Shown here one piece after another: positions 38,700 through 50,571 of a stretch of DNA of 64,000 nt; position 1 is the stretch's first letter; every line of letters begins with the position of its first letter. The stretch covers positions 2,911,826-2,975,825 of the forward strand of contig BDGG01000002.1 of NCBI GenBank assembly GCA_001949185.1, in the 5' to 3' direction. The notes below the pieces were generated by a model. It searched no databases and was not told where the DNA came from. It saw nothing but the letters and a program-made list of their open reading frames with translations. This DNA comes from Ramazzottius varieornatus (taxonomy: Eukaryota; Animalia; Tardigrada). A program made the position numbers and the translations under genes.

Positions 38700-40272
38700 C
38701 TGTACAGTCGTCATACGGCAAAGGTTCAAAATTCGCACGTCTAACCCAATGACGTCTAATGTTCCGCCAACACTCAAAAGAAAACAACAAATCGCGGATG
38801 AAATTACGGAACAAGTGGTGCCATGGCATGACGATGCGGATATCGATACCTGCCAACCCACCTTTGTGGCACGTCCCATATATGCAACTGGATATCCCAT
38901 CTCTATTACCTGTAGTGGCCTGCACCCACATGTACTGATTCTTTGGCGCCAGCGTGCGAGCTCGAATCACCATTGTTGGGTTCATTGTTATCCCAAAATA
39001 TCCCAGGTGGCATACTTCCGCTTATGTTCCATGATTTCACGTGCACTAAAGACCCAGCAGTTGCCGAGGTCGATCCAGCAGAGGCGGAATTCAGGTCTCC
39101 AGAGGGCGCTTCAGATCCCGATTCGGGAAGGGGAATGTTGAGACCATTTGGCGGACCCAAAACCCACGATTGGATAGCTGTGTCATCTGGGTTGATTGCT
39201 CAACCAAGCCGCTCTGAAACGTTCGGTCAGTGCAGAAGTTCTGAAAAGATGGGAGAGTCTTGATTTTAGAAAACTGCTCTACATACAGTACGAGTACAAG
39301 GAGCGAGGCCCCCCAAGAAGAAAAAATCGTAGATTCGGAGTACACCGCACTAGGGGATCCTGGGTGTTAGTAGCAATATGTACGGTGAGTACGAGTTTTC
39401 GGCCAAAATGACGCACGCTATGCACAGTACGTTGACACCCGTATAAAGCCTATTTTCGCAAAGTCCACGTTCGGAACCGCTTTCAATAGCTGGAATTTTT
39501 GATGGTGCTTCCATCAATAACTTTTTGGACAAATTTGGTCAACTGTGGGTGAGAGTGATGGTCACGTGACAATAATTATGAGTCATGGGCAAGCTGTTAC
39601 TGCCGCCCTTTTGAGCATGCGGTCGTCCCGGATTGACGATGGTATCTCCCTGTTTGGTCCTGAAAGCAGCCTCCGGAGAACCAAGGCAAACGTGACCGGA
39701 ATGAAACATCTGGATCTGCCAGCAACCAATCGTGAAATGGAGCTGATTTCTGCTAACGCTCGTTTGTCGAGACCTGTGGCGGTTGGAAGCGTGGTGTTGG
39801 TAAAGGAAAGGAAAAAGTTTGGAATGAAGCAACTGACAACACTCTGTGTGGAAAAGGTACAAGAGGCTTTAGGTGTGGTCGACCTGACTGACAACAGCGT
39901 ACTAGTGCTGTTCTTCTGGTGTGCCAAGCTGTGGACAGGGATTACCGTGGAAGTCCCGCGGGAGCATCGGAGAAAGGGTGTGTCGGACAGCACAGTACTG
40001 GTGATCGATGGCGACGATGCCGTCACTGGAAAATTTTTGCACTTAATAGAAGTGCGGTTGACCAGTGGTTCAGTGAAACGCTGTGCTGTTCTCGACGTTG
40101 TGGCGACCAAGACGGAAATTTCCCCGTTTTGTGGCGCTCGGAAGTAGCCGGGCAGGTTGAAAAGGTGCCGTTTCCTGCTGTGTACAAGAAAGCTGTAGAT
40201 ACTTACGACGCTCATGGCAGCATTGCTCGTAACATAAAAATTTTGCCGTTGAAGTGTGTTAACTTTACATAA
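38700..40272 (+). pseudogene. Degenerate CMC/EnSpm (CACTA/Mirage)-like transposase A
   Basis: Frameshifted motifs in transposase order: PPLWHVPY..PVVACTHM (equivalent to D.MH), RGMLRPFGGPKTHDW, DKFGQLWVRVM (equivalent to FGPLW) and C-terminal SDSTVLVIDG..TGKFLHLIEV. Recognised by eye only. Confidence 0.5.
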
Positions 40273-40486
40273 TAACCCAACATCCGTCTGTCAGTATGTT
40301 GTTCCTTCTTTCTGTATGGCGACAAATTGACCGGAAAATCAATTTCTGCTTATGAAGAAAAGGATCCGTACGGAACTAAATTCCAGGCTGCGGTAGCGAG
40401 AAGCACTGCGGAAGAAACAGAGGAAAGAATCTGCTGTGGAAAGGCCCAAAAAAAATAATTGGAAAACTAAGTGGAGAAAGCGGAAC

Positions 40487-41272
40487 TTAAGGTTTTTGAC
40501 TGTTTAATGCTGCCTGAGCCACGACACATTTAGGCGCAGCACACAAACACACGGCTCCTCCGAAGATATTCTCCGCGTCGTTTCCATAATTCCAAGTGAG
40601 TTCCGTCCGCGCGGGAATCGGCCGGTTGGTCTTTATTAGGCTGACCTTGATGTCTCGCTCTAGGTTTTTCTTTTTGGCGTTCCGGTTTCTGCTCGTTTTC
40701 ACTTTCACGTCGCTCGTCTGATGCAGAGAAAACTCCTCTGCTGTGCAGTTGGCGACGGGATCGTGCGCGTGGTTCATTTCCGCGCCAAAGTTTCGAACAA
40801 TCTCGGCATCGGTCAACGTTCCGTCGGTCATCTGCTTGATGCGAACGTGTCCTCTGCCCATTTCCCGTTGTCTCCTCTCCTTCATGTCTTTGTCGATGAG
40901 TTCCCCCGCGTAAATACACAAAACTCTGTTAGTTGGTAATTCCACGTTGCACATTACCCCTTTCCCCTTATCCCCTGCATCTACGATTTCTAACGGATAC
41001 CGGAGAGAGACGTAGTACTCAAGTGTCTTATGACATTCCGCGACTTTGACTGATTGTTTGTTGATTGTTTTGAATCCACATGAAGGGTTGCGGAATTCCT
41101 GGGAACTCACCGCATCACAGGAGTGGTCGCGGCAAATTGTTGGTATGCTTTGGCCTGGAAGTGGAGCTACTATGTTTTACGGACACGTGCAGCAGTGCCC
41201 AGTGTCTTTGCTGTCCCATGTATAGTCCGAGCACATCCCGAAAACATTGTTTTTCTAAGCGGTGGGCGATTC
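40487..41272 (-). pseudogene. SET-domain lysine methyltransferase (AWS-like + SET + post-SET); upstream part has in-frame stops
   Basis: ORF 40487..41110: GDKGKGV, IYAGE, DA..RNFGAEMNHAHDPVANC, RPIPARTELTWNYG and post-SET CLCAAPKC. The same frame upstream gives HCCTCP*...ICRDHSCD...PSCG (AWS-like Cys spacing). Confidence 0.85.
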
Positions 41273-41310
41273 TGTAGTAGGAAGAAAATTGAACGATGGT
41301 AAGTAACTCA

Positions 41311-42800
41311 CTGTACATGTAATCTCACCTTCCTGTTGAGCAACCGGAAGCGTAGGGTTTGCCGACGTATCCGGCAGTTCTTTCGTGGGACTTGACCGTG
41401 GCTCTTCCGCAAGAGTAGTACGTGCCAGACGTGGCAGTTTATCAGGTGCCGGCTGCAAGGCCTGTTGGATTTGGCCTGAATAAATGCACCTAGTTTAACA
41501 CAGCGAAAACATCGGAATGATATGCCAGCATTTGAATAATCTAAGTGTCGCTTTGTTTGTATAAACGCTTAATTACCTCGGTCGAGTAAGGACTAAAGCT
41601 TCTTTAGGACTGGAGGAAGTTGAGTCTTGTACATTTCATACAACTGTTCTGAACTCCACCGCTCCCGCAGGTGAGCTTGTTTCTCATAGTCGACCAGCAC
41701 GACGATGAGCTGTTCAAAATGCGACGAGTCTTGGTGAAGTATCTGTAAAATCAGGTCTCTATGTTCTCGAGCATATGGATACAGGAAGTGAACGAGGAAA
41801 TAGGCGAATGGTTCAGGATATGTGTCAGTTCTGGTGGATCCACGGAGCTTCAGGTAGGAAAGTTGACCAAGCGTTTCTTCCACCTTTTCCCGACAGTGTT
41901 GACTGGGAGTGTGGAACAAAGGCGCAGCTTTCCACATGTTGCTGTAGTAGCCAAGCAGCATGACAGTATCTTGGACGGGCACCAGATTGGACTTGTAGCC
42001 TAGCCTACGGAAAACTTCTTCCTCTACCTCCTTCATAGAATTGTGCCTATGAACCAGACGCAAAAGACCAGCCTACCGTACTTGTTTTCGTTAGTCAGAA
42101 ACGTGCGGCCTACCACTGGTGTAAATTGACTATTGATCAACAAGGCAAAGTGAATCCACTCGTCCTCCGCTCGAGGGACTGGTCCAGTTTCTTCTTCTTC
42201 TTCTTCAGGTAGGCCATCGGACGATCCGTCACGTAATTTTCCAGGGCTTCCACACTGAAATCGAAAGCAAGCAGAGATGTGCAAGGTTTGGCATGAACAA
42301 AGTAGCGTTAAACTTACGCAGGAAGCTGATCTAAGGAGTCCTAGAGTCCATGAGCCTCGAACACCTTGTACATCGTCAGCGCTCCTTTGACGCTTTTGGC
42401 TAGAAGGTTTACAGAACGGTTGAGTTTTCGCCGTTTTCTAAAATAGCAAAAAAGGAACAGCTTACCGGTATGATATTCGTTGATCTTGATACCTCCACCG
42501 ATTTCATGAATTTCCTTCAGATGAAGTCAACGATCAAGTTTTGATTCCATGACAGCTTGCATTGTTCGTGACTTTCCCACGCCCGTGTCCCCTGCAAAGA
42601 AACACTGATAAACTGTGGAAAGGCAGGTATGATGCTGCCAGGCAGGATTTCTAGTTACCAATGAGCCAAACGTTAAACGTATTCAGGCTTTTGAATCGAA
42701 GAGACGAGGAGGAAGGTCGTGAAGGAAGGCTGTGACGTTGCTGATTCCTGAGACGCCATTCTGAGCCAGTGGTTGCTTCCTTGTTCTGGAACGGTGACGA
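41311..42800 (-). pseudogene. Upstream exons of the SET gene, including a Ras/Rab-like Walker A (FNVWLIG|DTGVGKS)
   Basis: Splice-compatible exons 41311-41476, 41577-42270 and about 42470-42690; GxxGVGKS formed across an intron at about 42592-42659; several stops. Confidence 0.45.
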
Positions 42801-44152
42801 GTTCAGGATGACCCATCAGGATAGGTGGAAGTACGTAGGAAAAGCAGGATAATCAAGAGTGGAGGAATGCAAAGGAAACACGGAAAAGTTAGCGCTCTGC
42901 AGGAAGAAAAATACCTGAATGGTAGTTTTCGAGGTAAGAGTTTCAAATTGCGTGTCAGTGTCCTGATTCGCAGACTTATGGCTTCTACTACACGAGAACG
43001 GACGTGACGTCATGGTTCCAACATTTATAGTACCAGAGGAAGCTTGCGTCACGATGCGCGTCTCTACCCATGGTACACATAATGTTTGATGAGCAGATCC
43101 ACCTGAAACCGCCTTCGCTCGGGGATGGTCGTATAACGAACGGCGGTGCAAAAGCAAGATATTACACGTAACTCTTCCTGTTAATCGTGGAAGAGATATC
43201 ACGGGAATCAGAATAATCAGTGTGAATGACGTCAAGAAGTGAACAGAGATTGCTCTGATCCATGATGTCATAAGTCTCGTTTTTGTCCCGACAAATACTT
43301 TACTTCTGACTCGGTTTTCCTCAGTCCCCGCAAGTCATCAGGATAATGTCTTCTGGATCTTGTTTTCCCCTCGACGATCCTTCCTGGACCTTTTCCGAGG
43401 CGCGTATGTTGACATTTCTCCTTCAGACTTTGCATTTCTCTTCTGCAGAGATTACCGAAAAACAATCGTTAGAATTTTCCTGAAGATGGCTATCCTTCAG
43501 CTCCTGGAGGGCACAAACGCCAACATTCGCCGGACTCTTCCAAGTCGCCGAAGATTTCTCCCTCTGCGGCTGTGAACCGCCCTTTGAATTTGCTTGTGCT
43601 GGGTAATAATGAGTTTCACCTTTAAATGTGGATCTTTCCCTTAGATTTCAAGTGCAGTTATGACCAATTTCAGGTGAAAATGGTGTCGGAAAGTCCTGCA
43701 TCATCAAGCTGCTGCTAGGAGGCGCTCCTCACGAGGTGGACGTCCATGAAGAGACGGGACGCTTGGCGTTGTCGCAACAACGCTTCGGTATATGATTGTC
43801 CGTCTTGCTTCATCTACACACCAGTTCCATTTCGCTGTATTTTAACACATGCTCTATGTTTGAAAGAGAAAATGGTTGATGGGGCCTGGAGCTCGAGGTT
43901 GCTCTGATGAGTTTGCGATTCGGAGTCCCTTGGGTATCGAAAACTTGATTTTGGCCATGGTGTACCGAGCACACTCCGCCCATTCGGTTCTGGTACTAGT
44001 TCTGTCCAGGTTTACATGTGTTTGAAGTGTTGGTATAATCATATCATCGCTGCATGCGACGCTTTCGCTCTTACTGATACTTTATGTGGAAATCGGCTTT
44101 TGAGGTTGTGGGCTTGAATCAGTGGAATTCCGAAAAACTAAAATTCAAGAAA

Positions 44153-44322
44153 TATAGAACTATCGCTGCGGTATGATACGATATATCGAAAGTACGGTAA
44201 CGGAAAAATATCGTATCGAAATATATCGATATCGAATGAATATTGAAGAGCGCGATAAAATATCCGCCGATACTGTATCGAAAAATATCGTATCGAATTT
44301 TATCGTATTTTTGCCAGTACTA
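44153..44322. repeat. TATCG/CGATA-rich palindromic MITE fragment (hAT-like right end)
   Basis: Many CGATA/TATCG units ending in TTTTTGCCAGTACTA; no intact left end or TSD found. Confidence 0.5.
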
Positions 44323-45128
44323 CATGGCATACATAATGCTTTATTCCCCGGGAAGGTTTAGCGCCTTCCTTTAGTTTCCCTAATCACCTAAGTTATCCTA
44401 CATTTCTTTCAGATCTTCAGAGTTAATTATTTCATTCGATTTTCGATCAGTTTTTTACGATTTTGACACAGAGCCATCAAACCATACTTCGCTTGTGCAC
44501 CGTCTGTAAAAAGATTGTGCGGCATTAATAACGTAATGAGAGTTCGAAGGCCTACGGGAAATTTTATTAACACCTTTTAGACGATAACTGATTCCTTCTC
44601 TCTTGTCGCGATGGTACCCACTTGGTCTCACCACTAACTCGCTTTTGCCAATGATAAGTTCTTGTCAGATTCCAATTAGCATAGAAGATGGGCTTTGATA
44701 CCGAAATTGGTAATATCATCGATATCATGTTCAACCGGCTATTTTCGATACTAATTCAGTAAAAGTAACGAGAATACCTTACTCCGTACTTTCTACTGTA
44801 GAACTCAAAGTACGCACAGCTTTGCCACTGCGGAAACAGACGAGACCGCCCATAGACCTCCGACCAATAGGAGCAGGTGGCGGTACTATTTTGTTCTGTA
44901 GCCAGCATACCTAGAACGTACACTTTCGGGGACCGCCCCTTATGGAATCCCCCTGCCAAGCGTATAGAAGCTCCCGAGCTCAGCCGTCTGCGCCAACCAG
45001 CCGTTTTTGAGGCATGTGTGACCGCTTTCCTCATTTTCTCCTCTGGATTTTCGGGCAAAACCTTCCCATTTTCCGTTCCCGACTGTTTTGCTCTGCTCAT
45101 TTTACAGTTTGAACGAAACACCAGCAAA

Positions 45129-48100
45129 ATGAGCGACCTGTCCGGAAACTCGGGAGGAAAGGCTGCTGAAAATGGAGACAACGGCCACACCAAAGACAAC
45201 TTCACGAAGCCGGCATCCGTCCCTGTTCGCACCAGCCCTCGCAACCGTCAGAAAATTCCGATGATTGGAGAAAATGAAGCGCTGGAAGAGAAGCGTCTAA
45301 GGTTCTTCCTGCTGAACCACAAGGATCATGCAGAAAAACGTAAGCGTCCCTTGACCATCGAACAAACTTCTGCAGTCTATGATAGATACAAGATGCCTCG
45401 AATGAAACGTCAGACTTCTCAGGCCGCTCGTTTTCTTTCCAGGTTGGGTCATCATAAAAGCGGATGCTGATTTTACATTTGCGATCCGTGATACATTCCA
45501 GATCTTCGAGACACTGAAAAAGAAAATGGAGCTGCTGCAGGAGAATGAGGCTAATGGGGACTACGGCGAGTTCTTCGTCATCGGAACCGAGCTTCTGTCC
45601 GATGACGTCGCCATCGGTGGAGACGTCATCCGAGACGAACCGGAAGATAACGAAGTAAGTTTGACGATCATTCAATCATACTTGTGAACTACACTGCAAG
45701 AACTCACGCAAATTGATCAAAAGTTTCTTCCATTACTTCCTGTGTTCGCAGGCTCCCGTGTTCGTTCCTTCCCAGTCTAACGAAACGCTTTTCAATGCTT
45801 TATCGGCTGGAGGTAAGTCCTGAACGTTTTCCTTTCCAATGGACGCCAAGACGTTTAGTTTTACTGCAGACAACGGGCAGGAGTCGTCAAATTTCCAGAT
45901 CGTCACTTCTACTCCCGGAACTTCAGCACCTTTTGGTAATATCTGTTTCAGATGCTCGACAACTTAATTCTACCCTTCAACACATCTTACATTCATTCCG
46001 GTTTTTTTCTCCTCCCCGTTTTGTGAATTAAACTAGCTATAGAGTTTCGTTTCAGGGAAAACTAATTTGGCTGATTTTGAGGTCAACGTGGGTAGTCAAT
46101 TGGGAGACAGCATGAACTTGGACGATTCTTCTCATGGATCATGTGAGAACCCTTTCAGCCTTAGACGTATGCACGAAATATCTAGCGTGATTATGCCAGA
46201 CCATTTTCTCCTGTAAAACATGGGGCGTACACCTCAGATGGTCAAAGTTAGCACTGTCAAATGTCATCCTTCGCAGCTCTGTGGAGCCCGTTTTCTGTCA
46301 GCAGCCCGTCTACTGTTTCAGTCTTCGATGGTACCAGCTCTGAGTCTTCTCCTGAATGCAGGTAGTATTAAAGAAATGTGGAGTTTACTCGCGCTTGGTT
46401 GTAGGCTCTGGGTCCTCTTCATCTTCGGCAAATGGCCAGTCTGGGCAAGGAGTGAAGTCGCTTTATTACAGTCTTGCAGGTGAAAAAACCAAGTTTCTGT
46501 AACACGAAAGGATAGCTTAATCGTCAATCTCAAACGTTAAAAAGTTGGAAAACATCATGAACCGCGCAGCAGTGACACAAAACTTTTTATCCTTGTCTAA
46601 GGCGGACACGCTTCTACATGTCCTCCGAATTTTGGCCTGGAAAGTCCAGACCGCGAATCCCAAGGTCCGGCAAAATGGAAAGACACCGGCATCGGTAAGA
46701 CTGTTTCTCACCAACAACCTCCTTCCTTTTTACTTTGTATCGGGTTTACCGAGTCGTTTTCGTTTCAAGATTCTTCCCTAGCGCCTTCACCGAGCACATC
46801 TCAATCTTCGCGTCAGTCTTCACGCCCTTCAAACGTCTGGGCTTCGGTACACAGAACCTTTTCTTAACCATATTTCTTCAACGTAGTTCGAAACTTTCTT
46901 GCTAATGTACAGTTTTTAACTAAGTGAAATAACAACTAGGCTTTCCTTCAGGGTGAAGAACTCTTCGGATTATCTGGTGACCCAGGGAACCGCAGTGACG
47001 GCACTTCGACCGCCGACGGCGATGCCAGTGACAACAGAGGTTCATTGTTCCGAACACCACCAGTTCGTCATCAGGTGAGTGGCTGTTTTGGTACTCAAAG
47101 CTGATTCTGTTTCCATAACCGCTGACGCATACGTAAACGACATTGATGCTTTCGTTAATCTTCTCTTCTTGAGAGCTTTTTGTCTTTTCACAGCCTGATC
47201 TGCAAGCTGGATTGGGAAACGTGGCGGTGGTGCGCAACACCGATCGAGTACTCTCCCAAGCTGCTGCTCTCCTCCAGGCTCCTGTGCTGCCTCGTGCTCT
47301 CGCTGCAGTTCCGGTCCAAGCGAAGATCCAGGCTCCTGCACCATTCCACCTTCCGCAACAACCGGCGCTCCACATTCGAGAACCAACCCAAGGCCGATGG
47401 GCCGCCACAAGCAGCTGCCGATGCGACGATCATCCACGCGGAGATTCCTTATGCAGATGCTCTGCGAGACGAAAGTAAGCTGATTTTCCCAACCTTTGCA
47501 GTTCAGCTTCGGTTAATTTGTCCAACCGCAGAAAATAAAGGTTGGTTTTTTCCTATTTTGTTGCTCGAGTGGGCCTCTTCCAACGTCACAACATCGTACT
47601 AGAGTTGCAACGCGCGGCTCCTCGCAAGCTGAATATTGGCCCAGCGACCGGCAGGAACATCCACGTTGACCAGACGACCATCGCCTCCAGCGAACGAACC
47701 CGTGGCGCCACGTCAAACCGATCCTTCGGCTCCTACAGCTTCTTCAACATCATGGAGATGTTTGGCGGCAGAGCTCGAGTATCTGACCTCAAGCTGACTT
47801 ACCGTGTGCAGAGAATCGGAATCACCACGCTCTTTATTGATGAGAGCCATGCCCATATAGTGCATGGTAATTTCCATAAAATTTAACCGTAACATCGACA
47901 GGCTTCAAGAAATTTCGTACTGCATCAGTTTCTTGCCCCAACAGCTTCGTTTCTTTGGAATTTATGTGCTTCTAGGTTATCTGGTCGGTCGCTGGCAGCA
48001 GGCCAATGGCAGATTCAGTACGCTCCTCAATAGCTACGAGCTGTGGCAACACGTAATGGACAACGCCCTGGGAAGCTTCGCAAAACGCAAACGAGAGCAG

Positions 48101-48160
48101 GCGGACGCGGTTGCTGCCATCTTGGCTGCAGCGAACATAATCAATAGTCTTTTGAATTAG
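45129..48160 (+). CDS. Multi-exon (partly degenerate) protein with a C-terminal BEN-like domain; probable transposon accessory gene
   Basis: ATG at 45129 (MSDLSGNSGG...), spliced exons and a Pro/Ala/Gln-rich linker (47180-47475). C-terminus IMEMFGGRARVSDLKLTYR...FIDESHAHIVHGYLVGRW...YELWQHVMDNALGSFAKRKR has BEN-like spacing. Confidence 0.45.
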
Positions 48161-48469
48161 ACGATCCTTACTGCCGTCTTTGTAAGTTTTTAGATCTTCT
48201 CTTAGGTTTTCTTGGTCTGAATTCCTCGTGCGGATTTTTCTTCCTGGAGAAACCAAGTTTCAGCTTTGATAAACGTCCCAATGAACTGTGAATCTTCTCT
48301 TTCCCTGAACGGTTTTAAGTTTGGCCGTTTTTTAACCTTTTCGCTTTTCGGTCCCTCAGAACATCCTTCAGTTATGCTCGTAATTTTCGCTAGGATCCAA
48401 TATAGATACGGTCCACTACCCAAGCCATAAGAAACCTATGGTGACGTCATCGTCAATCCGGAACGACCG

Positions 48470-50571
48470 GATGCCCAAAATGGCGGCAGACGTACGGTGA
48501 CGTCGGCCGAAATCCTCTACATTTTCAGCCAAGTGATCCATCTGATGGTAGTTGTACGTGATGTTCATCATCAAAATATTGAGTACTCAACTGTCGAAAC
48601 TCTCGAAGCAAAACATCGACTAGCCGACTGCGCTCCTGAATCACAACTTCACCATCTTTCTCTGATCGTTTTGTGTCAGCCATCATGATATGTAAAGCGT
48701 AGCATAACGTTTCCAACATGTGGCGCACAGGGCGACCTAAGATTACGCGACCTGATGGTTGCGGGCAGTTCAACACAAAAAGCAAATCGTACATGTAGAA
48801 ATTCAAGTACTCGGACGCCTTGAATTCTTTGTACTCAAGAACACCGCGAGGTTTCCGAGATAGCCAAGTCGGGTACGTAATTTCTTGCTGTATCTCACAG
48901 ACGAATTCCGCTCCGTTGTCCGTAAACAAGGTGGAGCGTTCCCTCTCCGATTGATTTTCGTGCCTACAAAAAAACAAACTTTGTAAGACAAGTTGTGCAT
49001 GTCTGGCAGTATCGATCCAGATTGATGGTGACGTCATCGCGGCCTCCTGTAACTTATCAATCCGGGTGGATACTTAGACGATAAAATCATTTTGATTAAA
49101 TTCAGACACGTACTTTGCCAGGAAGTCAGACCAGTACGGGAAACTTTTTAGCTTGATTTTTGATCGCAGCTGATTCAAAAAATGTTCACCGACTCCCAGC
49201 ATGATGTGCATGACATCGTGGGGACAGCATCGGATAACGTCAAATAGCAGCTTTTCCAACCGAAACAGCTCGCTCAGTCCGTTCACACCAGTGTACTTCT
49301 TAGCCTCGTCTGGAGTTACTGTCGTGAATGCGCCCGCCATCTTGTCCCTTGAAAAGCGAAGAGCATCCTTCCTTGTCTGTTCATGAGTTCTTCGAGCAGG
49401 CCTGTTCTCCAAACGGAAAGGATAAACCCTGGACGTGGATTTCGGTTGCACCATGATTCTCTCACCCTCCGGAGTCTTTGCCCATGCTCGAGGCAAGACC
49501 TTTGCGTCTCCATCAGCAAAGCAGCTTGTACATCCCTTATCCCCGGAGTTATATTGCCGGTTGCAAGTCAGCGCGCAGTGGACTGGGGAGTCTGAAGGGT
49601 AAGCCAGCAGTTTCGCGTAGCTCGTCAGTTCGGTCTGCGTTTCTGGATGACAAAGTGGAAACCCTTCAGTTCCCAGCGACCTAAGCTGCTGCACGAAGGG
49701 AGCAGGAAGCACTTGGACGCCAGGGTGTATTTTGCCAACCCACAGCACGATATTGCGCCGGAAGTTGAAACGATGGCTTATGGGCAGATTATCCACAGTG
49801 ATACTCGCAACCCACATGCTAGTTCACTTCCAGCGTACAGCGGAAATTCTTTGACTCGTGTCTTTCCGCCATAGTCGTGATCATTTGCAAAACTTCCTGT
49901 GAATCATCAAACCTTACTCAGGATATCCTGTTAACATGTATAGGTAGAAGGATACCTGTAGCAGGTCGGGAATTGTATTCTGAAGCCACCCCGGCCCACC
50001 TGCAGCAGACACTCCTTCCTCAACACCCATACGAACATCTTCAGCCGGGCCATGTGAGCTTCCAGATAAAAGTGCCCCGACGTTTTCTCCTGGTATTCCT
50101 GCAGATACAAAACACCCTGTTTAGCAAACACAGATTGCACATCACCTCAAGCTGTTACTTGAAAAGCAATCCGGCTTACCTATGATGTCTTTCGCAAGTT
50201 TCTGCCTACGGGCGCGAGCCTCATGATTATAAATCTGTCTTGCGGTCATCTGTCGATCGTTTCCTTCCGACCCGCCCTCCATCCTCCAACTATCCCTAAT
50301 CATACAGGACAGGGTCAGCGATCGAGTTGTTCCACAGAAAAAAATACCACAACAGAAATGTTTTCAGCACCAAAGAAAGATGCAAAATTTTCCATGAGAT
50401 TGGCACGAAAATCACAATCAAGACGAAAAACCAACTCATAGTGCAGAAGTATGCAGGTGTGCAATCATAAAGCGCACTCTGTTGCGCTCGGCCACGTATG
50501 CGCCGGTTGAGAAAAGTGTACGCTAGATACCTGTCCGGCCCAAACGGAAGTACGGAATACACATCGGTCAT
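48470..50571 (-). pseudogene. CMC/EnSpm (CACTA/Mirage)-like transposase B, frameshifted
   Basis: PLYAGS..SMW..ITVDNLPISHRF, SDSPVH..QYNSGDKGCTSC, RTHEQ, GVNGLSEL..FDVIRCCPHDVMH, PTWLSRKPR...FKASEY and ITYNYHQMDHLAENVEDFG..TSA. Confidence 0.85.

Noticed and set aside
39583-40215. 210-aa minus-strand Ser/Thr-rich ORF
   Set aside because: Antisense to the transposase-like plus-strand frame; no motif.
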